A stretch of DNA of 62,918 bases, the filler included, from Choristocarpus tenellus KU-1152 (taxonomy: Eukaryota > Protista > Phaeophyceae): the NCBI GenBank assembly GCA_964200185.2. It is 9 parts of 9 records of this genome, joined end to end, with 100 filler letters (N's around TTAATTAATTAA, not from the genome) between each part and the next. Parts side by side here need not be neighbours in the genome. Positions count along the whole stretch, not along the records: positions 24,568 to 28,179 come from CAXNAD020018957.1; positions 28,280 to 35,588 come from CAXNAD020006362.1; positions 35,689 to 39,313 come from CAXNAD020018884.1; 6 more parts are not named here. The stretch is one strand, 5' to 3'. Positions 25,357 to 38,870 of this stretch are shown one piece after another. The notes beneath the pieces are model-generated. The model was given only the letters and a program-made list of their open reading frames with translations. It did no database searches and had not been told where the DNA came from. The stretch's first letter is position 1; every line of letters begins with the position of its first letter. The position numbers and the translations under genes are program-made.

Positions 25357-28152
25357 ATCTGACTCGTCATACCACTTTGTATGATGCCACTATGAATCAT
25401 ACCGAACATTACATAAATGCATATGAAACTTGTGTTATATGCTTGTATCAACACACGTAATGTAAGCACAACACCAGGTATCGCGTCAAACAGATCGAAA
25501 GAACTGAGGAGAGTGGGGAGGAAGCATCTACTACTACTGCTGATAAGTGGGGAATCGAAACTCATGATTCCGAAATTGTAAAGAGGAAATTGACTAAGGT
25601 AAGACTTCCTCTAGCTCCCATACATCTCTAGTGCTGTTGTTGGTAGGAGTCGTCGAAGGATAGGTATGACCGAAAATAGTGCAGGTGGTGGTAGCAAGGC
25701 AGCGCGAAGAGATCAGGAACACATTAACTTTATTGCGAAAGAGACAGTGTGTGTTTGAGGTGCTTAATTACGTACGTGGCAACGCATTTGACAGATTTCT
25801 CGAATGAGTGACCACAGAGGCCTCCTTTACAGCCACACAGTGTGCACAGGTGGTTGCACAGTCAGATAGAGTGATTAGCGATCCGCCAATCCTCTGAAGG
25901 CACACAACATCTTCAGGTTCGTAAGCTGAAATTCCTTGATCCGCAGGATGGGATAATAATTATTAAAAGTAAGAATCTTAGGTCCAAATTGTGTGGTTCT
26001 GTGGCAACATGGTTAATTCAGGGAAGTGTGGCAAAGAGAATCACTGGTTGAGAAATGAGTATTCCAATACGAAAGTCCAGAGGAACCTCCAGTGATTGGT
26101 AGCCGTGAAGGGAAGTTCACCTTCGGAACCTTGTTTCTGTGAGGATCCTACACCGTAGAAACAGGGTTTCTAGAAATATACTCAAAAACACTATCAGAAA
26201 AAAAAAAATCCACATGAACCCCCCCCTTTGATGGATCTAGAACACTTGAAAGCATGTTTCAGGGCCAGGAAAAATGTGACCTTTGTGAGCAAAATGGGGA
26301 ACAGTTGTGGCTGTTAACATACAACTATTGCAATACTATTACATGATTATAGTGAAACAAAACCAGTTGTGATACTTATTCAGAACAACTTGGCATTGAC
26401 AAATATCCGATGAGGAAAATTATTAGCCAACAAGGTTAATAGAACTAGGGCATTTTACCAGACTGATACTTAACTTGGACTCTCGCTTACCAAACTGGGG
26501 CCAAGGAGTTAACTCTTCTCTGGAGACTATCGTGACCCATGGTCAGAGGCGGCAATTGCAAACTACTTCTATTTCTATTACAAACTACCCTTAACTAAAT
26601 GTTGCACTATGACCAACTGCACTGCCTTCATTCATGGCTTCATGTGTGTTGGGTTTAGCCATCCCACCACTTGCCGTTGTGGCTCCTCCCTTTAATTCTT
26701 GCTGGACCTTCCTCAGTGATTGTTGGCTATGAAATCTACCTTACCAGCTCTTTCTTTGTCTGATGCTTTTGTGGTATACCAACGTACAGATATAGTCAGG
26801 AAAGAGTAGTATAATCTAGAGTACTTGTCATGTGAACATTGGAAAACCGAAACCAGAATCCTATGATGACGAGTCTAGCATGGAGAGATTTCAAACGAAA
26901 GATTTCAGGTGATGGGTTGGCAGTCATGATTCTCAATGACTCAGCAGGCAGACAAGGGTATTTTGCTGGGCTTTGACCACTACAAATGCGTTTAAATATA
27001 TGGGAAATCCCTATATGTATGCTGTATCCATGTACGATGTTGTCCTCTCCACCAATCCACCAATCCACACCAGCATCAGACACCAAAGTAACGGACTAAG
27101 CGGTGTAATCCTGCAACCTGCAAGGCTGAAGGGTATGAGGCAGAAATGACTTAGCAGTGGGTATAATCTTCTGAAGGCAACATCAATGTGAAACGATGTG
27201 CAATAACCTAAAGGAAGTTCCACCTGTGCAAGGAGTTAATTGGTTTTTGGACATTGAATCATCATTGCACATGGTCAGGCAGGACCTGGCACTGGGCGCA
27301 CGGGAGTGTGATCCTTCTGTAACCTCTCCTTCAAGAAGCGCATGGATTGATGGCTGCACGTATCTCCAAAATCAATTAACATGGCATCAAGCCCTGCCTA
27401 AATCCCCATCAGTGAAGTTGGCTGCAAAGTATTGAGACAAAATGATGCTACCACCAAGACCGAGTACTGCAACTACCTTAATGGTTACGTTATTACCAGA
27501 ATCAAGAGACACAATTTGTATTGCTGCACTTCTGGAGCTCTAGATCATGACAGCACTGTGAAGGCGGTCTAGAAATGAAAGAGTCACAGGAGGCGTACGT
27601 CTGGCAAATTTTCATTATATTTTTAGGGAGTTTCAGAAACCGCTACACATAATTCAGATAATCTCGCGATATACTGATGCAGTATTCAAAGATGCTAGAC
27701 AAGGAAAAACCTTGGTATATAGTAAGTATACATAGAATGTGGCTGTAGTAGTCGGGACTCCAGGGTTAAAGTAATCGTCACCTGAAATCTTTGGTTCGAA
27801 CACGTCATGTTTTGAAACGATTTGTTGTGTGGTTTACTGAGTGAAGGGTATGAAGAGAATCGTCAGGGAAGACGGGCCATAGCAACCAAGACGAAATACT
27901 GCAACTGTTAACACACAATAGTCACAAGGTTATACAAGGAGAAGTGTGAAGAGCGAAGATTCATTTGGAGAGGAGAGAATTATGATTTAGGGAGGGGATG
28001 GTGAAAGGGTCTCTCTGTTCTCTGAATGTTCCACACCTGTGGTAGGGTAGTTAGTTACTCCATAGTTGTTTCTTTTTCACCAGTTACATCAATTCAACAC
28101 AACATCAGTAACTATGATTGTACACACCGAAATGAACAGTATTAAATGCAAT

Positions 28153-28179
28153 GGGTCAAAGTATCTTGGGGGAGGGGGG
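28153..28179 (+). mobile_element. MITE B/C terminus at contig end
   Basis: GGGTCAAAGTATCTTGGGGG directly before the spacer. Confidence 0.75.
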
Positions 28180-28279
28180 NNNNNNNNNNNNNNNNNNNNN
28201 NNNNNNNNNNNNNNNNNNNNNNNTTAATTAATTAANNNNNNNNNNNNNNNNNNNNNNNNNNNNNNNNNNNNNNNNNNNN
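28180..28279. other. Artificial contig spacer
   Basis: N44-TTAATTAATTAA-N44. Confidence 0.97.
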
Positions 28280-29115
28280 CTGTTCGACATATCCCCCCTC
28301 CCCCCCTCTCCCCCCCTTTTTTTATCTGAAGTAAAAGTAAACCCCTTTGTGGATAGTCATAACTGTTGTCGGAAGAAAACGCAAAAAAACGAAAGAGCAT
28401 GAACGAGCGAGAGGAACACTAGCCACCAGTGACCACACCTCATTATATTTGGGGGGGTCACTATACTTAAACATCAAGAAAAAGCATGACTTTATACAGC
28501 AAACTGCGCTTTGTTAACAGAACTGAGTAGGGTGTGTGCCGGGACTGGCAGTGGGCATGATGTAACGGACTTTTCTTCCTTGCTTTGCAGTCAGCCACCC
28601 CCACACCATTCCAGACAGCTTGCCTCTAAAATAATGCTACTATTGTGATGTTACAACCCAGGTGCAGTGAGGAATGTATGACATCTGAGATTATCATCAG
28701 ATTATCATTGTGTGCGCACTATTCATGCAAACAGATCGATTCTAAGTCATGTTCTCGCATTCACAACCCACCCACCCTCATTCTGTTTTCTACGAACTAT
28801 TTTACACTATATGCCTAATTTAGCCCAACAAGGTGCTGAACCTCTACTGGCCTGGCTAGAAGCATACAATGATACAACCTACTACTTCGGATCTCAGTGA
28901 AGATGAAAACCTTATCTCCATGTCCATTTATAAGGCGCAACATACCAACACAACCGTCATCTGCGCAAACCTTTCAGAAATTACAACCACTTCACATTGT
29001 ATGTACTGTACGATGTGCACAGACTATGTACTCCAGAGCATGCACGCAACTCAGAAACAGAGTACAATCATAGTAAAGCCATAGCAATGCCTTCTGCCCT
29101 GCAAGTGCTAGATGA

Positions 29116-29989
29116 CTAAGAAGGCTGATTCCTGGCGACTACTATAGCAGCAGTGGCGCTAACTATTCCAATAGCGCCAAATCCCACCACCTCCCCAATG
29201 GCTGCCAGTCCCCTTCTCGTTGGTTCCATGCTGGTCGTCCCAGTGATGAAGTGCAGAGGTACCACCTCACTTGAGTTAAAGTATCCCTGAGGTGAATGAT
29301 TAGCATACGTATTTGTTCCAGCAAAGAAGGGTCATGTCATTAGTGAACTCAAAATACAAATTCGGATCAGGTCCCTGGTAGGTTTTAGATCGTGACGGCT
29401 TATGTACCACTGGTGTTTTGAAGGGTAACAATCACAATGACAAGCCCCCCAATACTATATATATAGTACATCATGCATGGTAGACGCTTCTGTTCCTACT
29501 GTTACAGGCATGCGCTGCAGTAGCTACGAATGACCAAACTAACAGTAACCATACACTCCAGAATAATTTTAGGTGAACAAAAATAAAAGGCTTTTGTCCA
29601 TCTAACCGAAGGGTCACACCCCTCACATCTCAAAGCATAAAACAATGCCCCCAAATAAGCGGATTTTGCCTTTCTTTCATGGATTCAACAAACTGCCCCC
29701 TTCATATTTTCATTTTTAGTGCCTCATACCTCAGTGTTATTCAAATGCTCGTTTTCCAGCCGGAACAATCCCCACATGGTTCGTCGGAGAAACTCACAGG
29801 CTATCACAAATGTAGTTACAAACGCAGGGCGGGTAGAATGAGACCACGAAGCAAATAGTGGCAGGTGACCAGGAGGTATAAGCGAGTAGAGCCAGTTGAA
29901 TCTAAGAATGAGGTCTACCACCACCGCAGAATAGTAAACCTGCATCAAGAAGAGAACCAAATTTCCGGGCCAGATATTGGAGGGTGTGC

Positions 29990-30023
<34 letters not shown>

Positions 30024-33000
30024 AAAAACCCCAGCTTAGATATTGGAGGATGTAAGTTAGCGTGGGATGAGAGCAATCAACACATGTTGGGCTGCATTTG
30101 GACTCTTGTCCCATTATTGTTGGAGGGTGAAGGGTCGGCATCAATAGTTGGGGAGGCATGCCGAATCAACTGCGGTAGGCAATTCATTGGTGCTTCTTGG
30201 GACTGAAGACAAGCAGGAGTGGAGTGGTTATCAAATCACCAATATTATGTAGTGGGATTAGAGTTGGTACTGCATGCCCATCCCACGAAGAATGGATGAC
30301 AAGGAAAGGCACAGACAATGAGTAGGTATTTGGTGAGTACATGCAAAGGGCAACAAATGCTCCATACGACTAGTGCGGACACAGATGGCAACAAATGCTC
30401 TTTCACGGCCTGCACAGGAGCTAGGAGATAAGACAAGTGCCAAATAGCTCCTTGACGCAGGTTAAGGCAACCCAAATGATGAGACAAATCAAACTCCAGT
30501 CTAGGTCTAAGCTTGAAAACACTGCATAATTTTACTTGTATGCATAAGAGGGTCAATATATGCAACAATGTCTAGTCCCACTCACAGCTGGCCTGGAGTA
30601 CATTCTCCTCTTGTGAAGGAAGCCATCCTCACGACGGCCCAATCCCCAGTCCTGCCGCACGTCCCACCAGAACGTATACAGAGTGGAGATGACGTACATG
30701 GTGATCCACACAATCTTTGCAAGCAGGGATGTGTGCATGGGAGAAGCGGTCGTTGTTCATATGGTGATGATGGGAAATCGACACTGACGTTTGTTGTATG
30801 TAGTTTGTAAAAAACGAGAGGAGAAAGGGGAGGAAAAAATGACTTAAGAGAAACAAAAATAAACGAGCATTATTCTACGACGGCAGAGTATGAGGGCGAC
30901 GAGAAGAAAAAAAGCCGAGGAAAATAAGAATATATTATTATACATATTATTATACATATTATTATACCCCCTGACATTTTGGAGATGTGTCAGGAGGGAA
31001 GTATATTGTCAATACCGCCACTACACAGAACGCAAACAGTTGCTTCTGTATGGCAAACTGACTGTGTTTTTTTCCCCCCTAGACATAGATGTCCTGTTGG
31101 GGATGGATTCTACAACTCTGTTTTAAACTCAAGGGCTCACCCTCACTGTTCTGGTCTCATCCTGTGGAGCAAGGACACCGAACAGAGCCACTGTCAAGGC
31201 CATGGAGTACTTGAGGGCATTGGCGAGGTGAGGGAAGCGGTTTGAGGTGTGGTAGTACCTGTGACATGGGGGAAGAAGCATGAACGACAGGAGTGCAACA
31301 GTAGCATCGTGTAGTTCCATCATCTCACACATGTAAAAAACTTGATTGTGCATGCTGATGGAGTTGCTGTTCAATGGAATATTGATGAAACAAGACATGG
31401 AGAACGAACAGGAGCATGATGAAACAAGACAAGCAAGCACGTATCCAATCCACGTGGAGACAGATACTCGATACTGCAATCACCACCAACCTTCTGAGAC
31501 ACTGCTGAAACCGCAGCCACAGGGGCGCCACACACAGGGCTGGGATGATGATGCTAGTGTAGAGGCTTGATTGCTGGGAAATAGGAAAGACTCGTTAGTT
31601 TTCATGGAGGGAAAAGGGTGTCAACGCGACTGAACCAATGGCCAAATGGCTTCTACTGTGCATAGGTGACATTGTGAGCTATAATGACCCACAATTCAAC
31701 GACATTGCATCATCTTCATTTGGAGTGGAACACAGTGCTGCACATAAAATAGTGTGTTTGGCAATTCAAAGATACACAGTGCAGTGATGACGTAGGCCTC
31801 ACTGTACAGGTAATATTCTACTCTGCAGACACAACAAGCTAGGTTTCTTCACCCCACTTCAAACCAAAAAGGAAGGTGCCACCACTACTGGAGAAGTTAA
31901 TACACATTCAACCATTCTGTGGAGTAAGCCTTCGCAATGTTCACCTCCTACAATAGCATACTCCCAAAGCTGGTTCAAAATGACACTTAACTATTCTTTT
32001 TATGTACTCAGATAAAAACACACAGAGCATTTACAGAGCTCTAGGAGATCTCGGAGTTGATCGTATCTGAGCCAAAGTATCTTAGAGGGTAGAGCCGCGT
32101 CCATTTGGGGGTCAAAATCCAATGTTCCGATTTTGATGTAATCTTGACTATTGTGTTTTTTAGGAAGTGTCAATATCCTTGTTCCGCACACACCTTTTCA
32201 TAACGTATACATTTTACCTACTCCGAAACATATCGGAGTATAAAAATGTCATAAAACACAAACACCTGTGGGAAGCCAAGCCCCAAATGGACAAACAGGG
32301 CAAGACTAGTACCCTCTAAGATACTTTCACTCATCTACATATATTGAAACGGCAAGCATGATGTGCTTACTCCTGCTCCTACCAACACACAGGGCAAAGA
32401 TTCAATGGCCTTACACCTATGTATACCCTCACCACACTAGCCACTCAACCCAAGATTGTTTGGTGTTTCAAGTCACATGACACAAGGGCATCACAAGAAA
32501 AATCCTTCTTCGCGTCCAGAAAACTACCAACAGGATGGAAGACCTTCATCTGCAGTAGTACAACCTCCCCTACTCCTCACAATCATCACTAGCTTTACAG
32601 AGTGAAAGTATCTTAGGGTTAGGGTACGAGTTTTGCCCTGTTTGTCCATTTTGGGGCTTGGCTTCCCACAGTTTCTTTTAACGGCATTTTACCTACTCCG
32701 AAATGTTTTGGAGTAGCCAAAACGTATACATTATGAAAAAGTTGTGTCTGGAACAAGGATATTGACACTTCCTAACTAAAACATGATAGCCAAAATGACA
32801 TCAGAATCGCAATATTGGATTTTGGTCCCCAAACGGACGTGACTCTACCCTAACCCTAAGATACTTTGACTCACACGCCATCTACACACAGTCTAAAAAA
32901 CTCCACCTGCCAAGAACCACCATGGGCGTTGAAATCATCCCTCGAGAGCAGGAAGTCCCCAGAGAGGAAGTAGCAGAACGTCCAGGCCACATCCTGTGTC

Positions 33001-35259
33001 GTCTTCACGGAAGAAGTCATCACATCCGCCACATACGTGGAGAAGAAGTCCACCTGTTGTTCCAAATCAATTTTAATTGCAACAGTGATCACTCAAGAGT
33101 TTTTTTCTGATTCTATTCTGCCCTGCACACCAGTACGCCGTCCATTCCTCCTCATATCAGGGGGGTATGTGGCCTCAGAACCATCTGTGCAACTGTCAAC
33201 TCCAAGCGGTGAAGTCAACTGGGCAAAAAGGAATGCCTTCCACTTCAAAATAATTGAAATCCAGCTCAAGAAACTTCTGTGTGCACGGTTAGGGAGGGTT
33301 AGGGTTAGGGTTAGGGTTAGGTGATTGTGATGTCTCCCCACTAGTGCACAAGAAACGAGAACCAACTAACAGGGATGCAAGATGCACTAGTGCCGATTTC
33401 TTTGGTTGTCAAGCACCCTCCACAGTGTTGTTCAAAACAAACACACCACAAGGAAGGACCGAGTCATAGAGACCCGACCTTCAAACTCAACCACACCCCT
33501 CCCCCCACTTGGACTGTATCACTCCACGATACAGTGTAGTGGTAAAGGACTCTATCGAAAACAAAACAAAACAAGTCTAACCCTAACCTTAAAAACTCAA
33601 CTCCAACCCTAACCCTAACCCTAACCCTAACCCTATCCCCCCAAAAACTTAACTTGAACCCCAATCTTAAATCCACCCCTAACCTTAAGCCCAAGCTCTT
33701 CTTCCGTGAAACTCCCACTGAGAATTAAAAAAAGGTATGGAGAAGGTTTAAAATCTTCCAAAAGAAGCAAAGGTCCCTCCATCAAGTACTCCACATCAGA
33801 AAAACACACACACAACACCCAAAGCCACAACCACTGCAGCTACCCCCCCCTCCCCCCCCCAAAAAAAGAATAGAAAAGTCCACAATGCCCCCCAATAAAG
33901 ACACGATAAGCCGGAGTACCACCGCCTTCCTACACACCCTACACACCCTACTCACCCTTGTGAACAGCATGCCTCAAAACCATTAACAGACCCCATCCCC
34001 ACAAACTCAAGCACAAGACCTACTCGCCTTGAATAATGGGGCACAGAGGACCTTGCCCACAACAGTCCAGACCTCGCGAGCCCTGTGCCAGGGGTACACC
34101 ATCTGGTCCGAGAATCAATAAAATAAACGTTTACAAATGGCACATGGCACATGGCACATGACACATGACACATGGCACATGGCACATGGCACATGGCACA
34201 TGGCACATGGCACATGACACAATCAATGTTCAGAACGCTGACACTGCCAAGGAGGGAGATACAGGTGTTGACATTTGATTGTTGATGAACAAACCATTCC
34301 CAACGGGGAGATACAGCATGGTGAGACTGCTGGCGTGGCTGTGGCGGCATGACCAACACTTCACAAATCCACTCTCTCTCTTTTGGAGGGTTTGGTGAAT
34401 TCATATGCTACGATATTGGAGGAGGAAGAAGTTTGTTTCCAGATGGTGATAAAAAAAAAACAAAGCAGTCAGTTCCCGACAGAAATCTTGGGCATAGTTT
34501 TCATAACCATCAGAGGCGTGAATTTCAATACACGCTGTTGAATCGTTGATAGCCTACGGGCATATTGGATTCTTAGGGTTAGAGTTATGAATCACTGCAC
34601 CATTCACTGCCAACTCTGCAGTTTAAAATGAAAAAAAAATGAAACTGCGGTTGAACAGGGCATCAGTTTTTGAAATTGCTGATTTTGGTGTGAACCTCTC
34701 ATTGGATCAAATTATCAGTACTGGTGTTCTGACACTTCAACAAAGGGGTCCTCTTATTTTGAGGGACGTCTTGTGTTATCAAAATCTCAGTAAGATTCGG
34801 TTTCGGTTTTCAAGATTAAACCAATAGAATCAACGCCTGGGAGTCTCCTGCGAACAGCCATAGCAGAAGCAAGTCTCGACATCAAGATGAGGGCATGATT
34901 TACTGCTGGACATGGTTCAAACGCTACATTCAGAAGGAGGTCAATAGGATAGTCATATTATCATTAGGTGCACTGAGTCAATGGAATAAACCCATTCTGT
35001 AGTATATTTTTTGAATACTTGTACTAATAACATGAAAACGAGTGTTGTCTTATCTATTATTATTAGTAGTAGTAGTAGTAATAGTAGTATTAATACACTA
35101 GAATTATTAATATTATTATTATTATTATTATTAGTAGTAGTAGTAGTATTAATACACTATAATTATTAATATTATTATTACCTTGTACACAACGAAGATG
35201 CAGAGGGCTAAAGGAAGGTATCCAGCAGGCACCCACTGTGGAAAGTGACCCAACTGCAG
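29116..35259 (-). CDS. EXS-family (ERD1/XPR1/SYG1) multi-pass membrane protein, 3' part; 5' exons missing beyond the contig end
   Basis: Exons 35259-35182, 34102-34028, 33053-32907, 31573-31491, 31258-31147, 30714-30586, 29939-29730 and 29286-29116 join in frame; motifs [85 protein letters not shown]. Confidence 0.93.
29992..30022. repeat. (GA)n microsatellite, intronic
   Basis: Seen directly in the sequence. Confidence 0.95.
32069..32332 (+). mobile_element. MITE family A, intronic
   Basis: Full TIRs; 4-bp TSD ATCT (32065-32068 and 32333-32336). Confidence 0.92.
32600..32872 (-). mobile_element. MITE family A variant with TTAGGG dimers in both TIRs
   Basis: GAGTGAAAGTATCTTAGGGTTAGGGTA...TACCCTAACCCTAAGATACTTTGACTC; flanked by ACA on both sides. 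Confidence 0.9.
33287..33321 (+). repeat. Interstitial telomere-like (TTAGGG)n tract
   Basis: GGTTAGGGAGGGTTAGGGTTAGGGTTAGGGTTAGG. Confidence 0.9.
33577..33690 (-). repeat. Interstitial telomere-like (CCCTAA)n tract with degenerate flanks
   Basis: CTAACCCTAACC, then (AACCCT)5 at ~33605-33634, then degenerate units. Confidence 0.9.
34137..34220. repeat. (ATGGCAC)n heptamer minisatellite, intronic
   Basis: About 12 units of CACATGG/CACATGA. Confidence 0.95.
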
Positions 35260-35267
35260 CTGTAAGC

Positions 35268-35380
<113 letters not shown>

Positions 35381-35588
35381 TACAAAGGGAGTACACCTTA
35401 CTGAGAAAAAAATATATAGACCGTTTAAATTATGCCAATAACAGAAAGAGTGCTCTCTGGACTATGAGATAAAATCAACCAGGCTCAAAATTTTCAATGC
35501 TCTCGATTGTACCCCAAAGCAAAAAATGACAAGTCTTAACTCCTCACCGCCCCCCCCCCCCCCCTCAAGAAACGGGACCCCCGAAAAA

Positions 35589-35688
35589 NNNNNNNNNNNN
35601 NNNNNNNNNNNNNNNNNNNNNNNNNNNNNNNNTTAATTAATTAANNNNNNNNNNNNNNNNNNNNNNNNNNNNNNNNNNNNNNNNNNNN
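35589..35688. other. Artificial contig spacer
   Basis: N44-TTAATTAATTAA-N44. Confidence 0.97.
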
Positions 35689-35691
35689 CTC

Positions 35692-35723
<32 letters not shown>

Positions 35724-35737
35724 AGATACTTTGACCC
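35689..35737. mobile_element. MITE B/C terminus at contig start
   Basis: C(n)-AGATACTTTGACCC. Confidence 0.75.
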
Positions 35738-36757
35738 TTTTGACTGCCATCTTGATTATTCTTTGATTATTTTGGAATAGTTTTGGCTGCGATATTAATT
35801 ATTCTGTGATTGTAACCGAACAGTTTTGACTGCAACCTTGATTATTCTTCAATTGCTGTGTCAATGATTTCGATTTCGATCTTGAGTGTAATTAGATAAC
35901 AGCTCTGATCGCGATCTTGATTATTTATTTCCATTTTATCAAATATATATTTTTGACAGATATCTCGATTACTACCTTGACAGGCGAATCGACTCCCCGA
36001 TCAAATCGTCGTAATTCACGCATGGCTGTAAAAATAGTTACATACCCTTTACAGAATACTTCGGTAGTAGTGCAGAATATTGTCTTGAAATAGATGTACC
36101 ACGAGAAGTTTATTGCGTTGAAGTGCTCGTGCGTTTTGCGTGCCGTGCACTGCACTTGAACCTACTCAGAAGGTGTTTTATGTTGGTGTTGTTGTAGTAA
36201 TAGTGTAGGTTGTTCCCCCCAAATGAGAGTTTTGAAACACCAATTTTTCAGTGCATTGCATGCAGAGATGAGATGACCGTCAATAATTGGATCGGTGATA
36301 TTTAAAAAAACTTGATTTTAGTGCCGTTTTCACACACACATTTTTCTTTTACTGTATACTATGCTGTGTATCTTGTATTTATAGTTTGTAGTATTGTATC
36401 ACGTGTAGTACTTAAAAAAGAAATAACATTTTTTTTTCTTTAAAATTTGAAAAAAATAGGCACAAAAAAAACTTTGTGTTTGTGACATTATGAACGACGG
36501 GAAAGAGAGATAGATTAAAGAGGCACTTTTTCTGACTACAGTTGTTTGTTGGCACGACGCAAGAAAGTACTTTGGACCATGTCACAAAAATCGACTGTTT
36601 GCGATTTTTGGAAAGTTGAAGATGAAAAAAGTTTGGCAAAATTTTCTTCGATTTTTGTGTCTTTGTTGGTGATAATATGTTCGTATTTAAAAATCAAATA
36701 TATTTTCCAAGGGCATGTGTGGGAAATTACGTATGCATATAAAATGGGGAGAATTCA

Positions 36758-36789
<32 letters not shown>

Positions 36790-37235
36790 TTTAGTATATT
36801 GTCTGCTTCTGAATTCATCAAATAATATTATGTTGGTCGTATGCCTACAACATATATGTATGAGAGGGAAGATACTTGTGAAAAAAATTCAGCCTCAAAA
36901 AGAAGGGGGATGATTCACTTTTTTTTTCCACTTTTTGTTCTTTTTGCGGTAAAATATTTTCATTTTTATTTTAGTATATTTACATGTTCTTTTGAAAGCA
37001 AATGTACATTTTATTATTTTTTGCACTTGATGCTTGATGTTGTCGTACACAATTTTTTCCCCATTTGCCCCCATTTTTATGTTTGTCGATGGAACTTAGG
37101 TCCTCCGACATGGTGACTCTGAAGTGTTCATATTAGTACTGGACCAGGTTGACACTTCTGATTCTTGTTAATGGTTGTATGGTCCTGTCGGGCTATGTGG
37201 AAACAACTGGGGTGGCCGGTGTAGATTTCCGAACC

Positions 37236-37404
37236 TTGTGATGTTTGGACTGGTCTTGGACTGGTCCCTCGATCCTACCCTAACAGGTTCTTGTTCAGCA
37301 TTGTGATGTTTGGACTGGTCTTGGACTGGTCCCTCGATCCTACCCTAACAGGTTCTTGTTCAGCGTTGTGATATTTGGACTGGTCTTGGACCAGGTTCTT
37401 GTTC
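37236..37404. repeat. 65-bp tandem repeat: two full units and one internally deleted unit
   Basis: Units start at 37236, 37301 and 37366 (TTGTGATGTTTGGACTGGTCTTGGAC...). Confidence 0.9.
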
Positions 37405-38501
37405 GATTTGTTCATTTTACGTGCGGTCTTAGCCTTCTTGTTCAACTCACTTCTTGTTCAACTCACTACTTTGGAAGAGTAAATCCACGTGTTATTTTAT
37501 CACCACCGAGATATGAGAATATGCTGTTGATAGTCTCATGGCCTGGACTCCTCATTGCCTGAAGCAACAACCAAGAACTTCAATTGTTTGTGGCAAGACG
37601 GAAATTTTGTCTCGTGGTGACTCTGTGGTGCTCTGTGGCGTACACGCTATACTATCATGTATGCTTGAGTGCTGGTAATCCATTCTTGGATGTTTCTCTT
37701 TTTATTTTCTGTGTCCTACTATAGCAATATGTAGTATCAGTTAAGATTTTTCTTTTTTCTGTCTGTGTGTGTGTGTTGGACATGGCAGGGCTCTGGGGCA
37801 TGGCTCTGTGACGATGCTGGTCACTGATGGGGATGTCAGGGCTGTTCAGGCTGCTCTCTGGCATGGCAAGCCTGCTGTAGTAGTGCCTACCTCTCCTCAT
37901 CAGGTGATCAATCGTGATCTTGTAATTGGTGGCATGATATTTTTTTATAGTCAACGTCAAAATAAAAAAATAGTTCAGTGATATATATATATATATATAT
38001 GTATGGTTGTTGTGATGAAAGGGCACTTTGCTTCTGATCTTATGATTTTCAAAAATATATATATATTGAATTCGGTTGTTCAAGTGTGCTACAACTTCGG
38101 TTTGTGTAGTATAGTAGGAAGCCTTTGTTGTAAGCGGTACATATTATGTATTGATAACATACATATTATGTATTGATAATATACATATTATGCTGTTGTT
38201 CTATTTGTTATATGTATGTACATTGCATTTTTTCTCCCCCCTTGACAAGATCTGTAGAATCTCATTGGGCAGATATATTACAGTTATTATATTTATTATT
38301 AATACTATTTAGATCGGATGATGTATTATTGGCTTGATTTGAAGTTTTCCTGACATACGTTTCTCATCCGTTTGCCTTCTTGAATGGGGTATGGTTTAGG
38401 GATAGGTCTATGGAGAGTATATACTGTTGACAATATGATTTGATGCTCTCTTTTGTGAACTGTCAACAATACAATGGATGTGCATCCTCTGTATGTATGT
38501 A

Positions 38502-38870
38502 CTCCCTCTGTCCCATAAGTCTGTTCCTTTATGCACATAACACTTCGGGATGACCTCCGATTTCAAAACGGATTTTCGGGTCGGATTAAAATTCCTCGGA
38601 ACAATTTTACGTAAGATTAGTTCTATTTGAAAAATTATGTCCCAAAATTATTCTGAAAATATGGAGCGGAGGTTAGGTGGGCATAGGCCCACAAGAAGGC
38701 ACCAAATTAATTATTATTAATTGGTGGATTGACGGCGTTGACTGGAACTGAGAAAAAGTATTCTAATGAAAAAACCCGTTAAGGAATCCAATACAAAAAT
38801 CCGTTTTGAAATCGGAGGTCATCCCAAAGAGGTACATGCATAAAGGAACAGACTTACGGGACAAAGGGAG
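38502..38870. mobile_element. Stowaway-like (mariner-derived) MITE
   Basis: TIRs of about 75 bp: CTCCCTCTGTCCCATAAGTCTGTTCCTTTATGCA... / ...TGCATAAAGGAACAGACTTACGGGACAAAGGGAG; TA TSD on both sides. Confidence 0.92.

Noticed and set aside
33287-33690. True chromosome end or telomere fusion site
   Set aside because: The tracts are short, separated by unique sequence, and lie inside an intron of an intact gene
37236-37404. CRISPR-like array
   Set aside because: Whole units repeat with no unique spacers, there are no cas genes, and the context is eukaryotic
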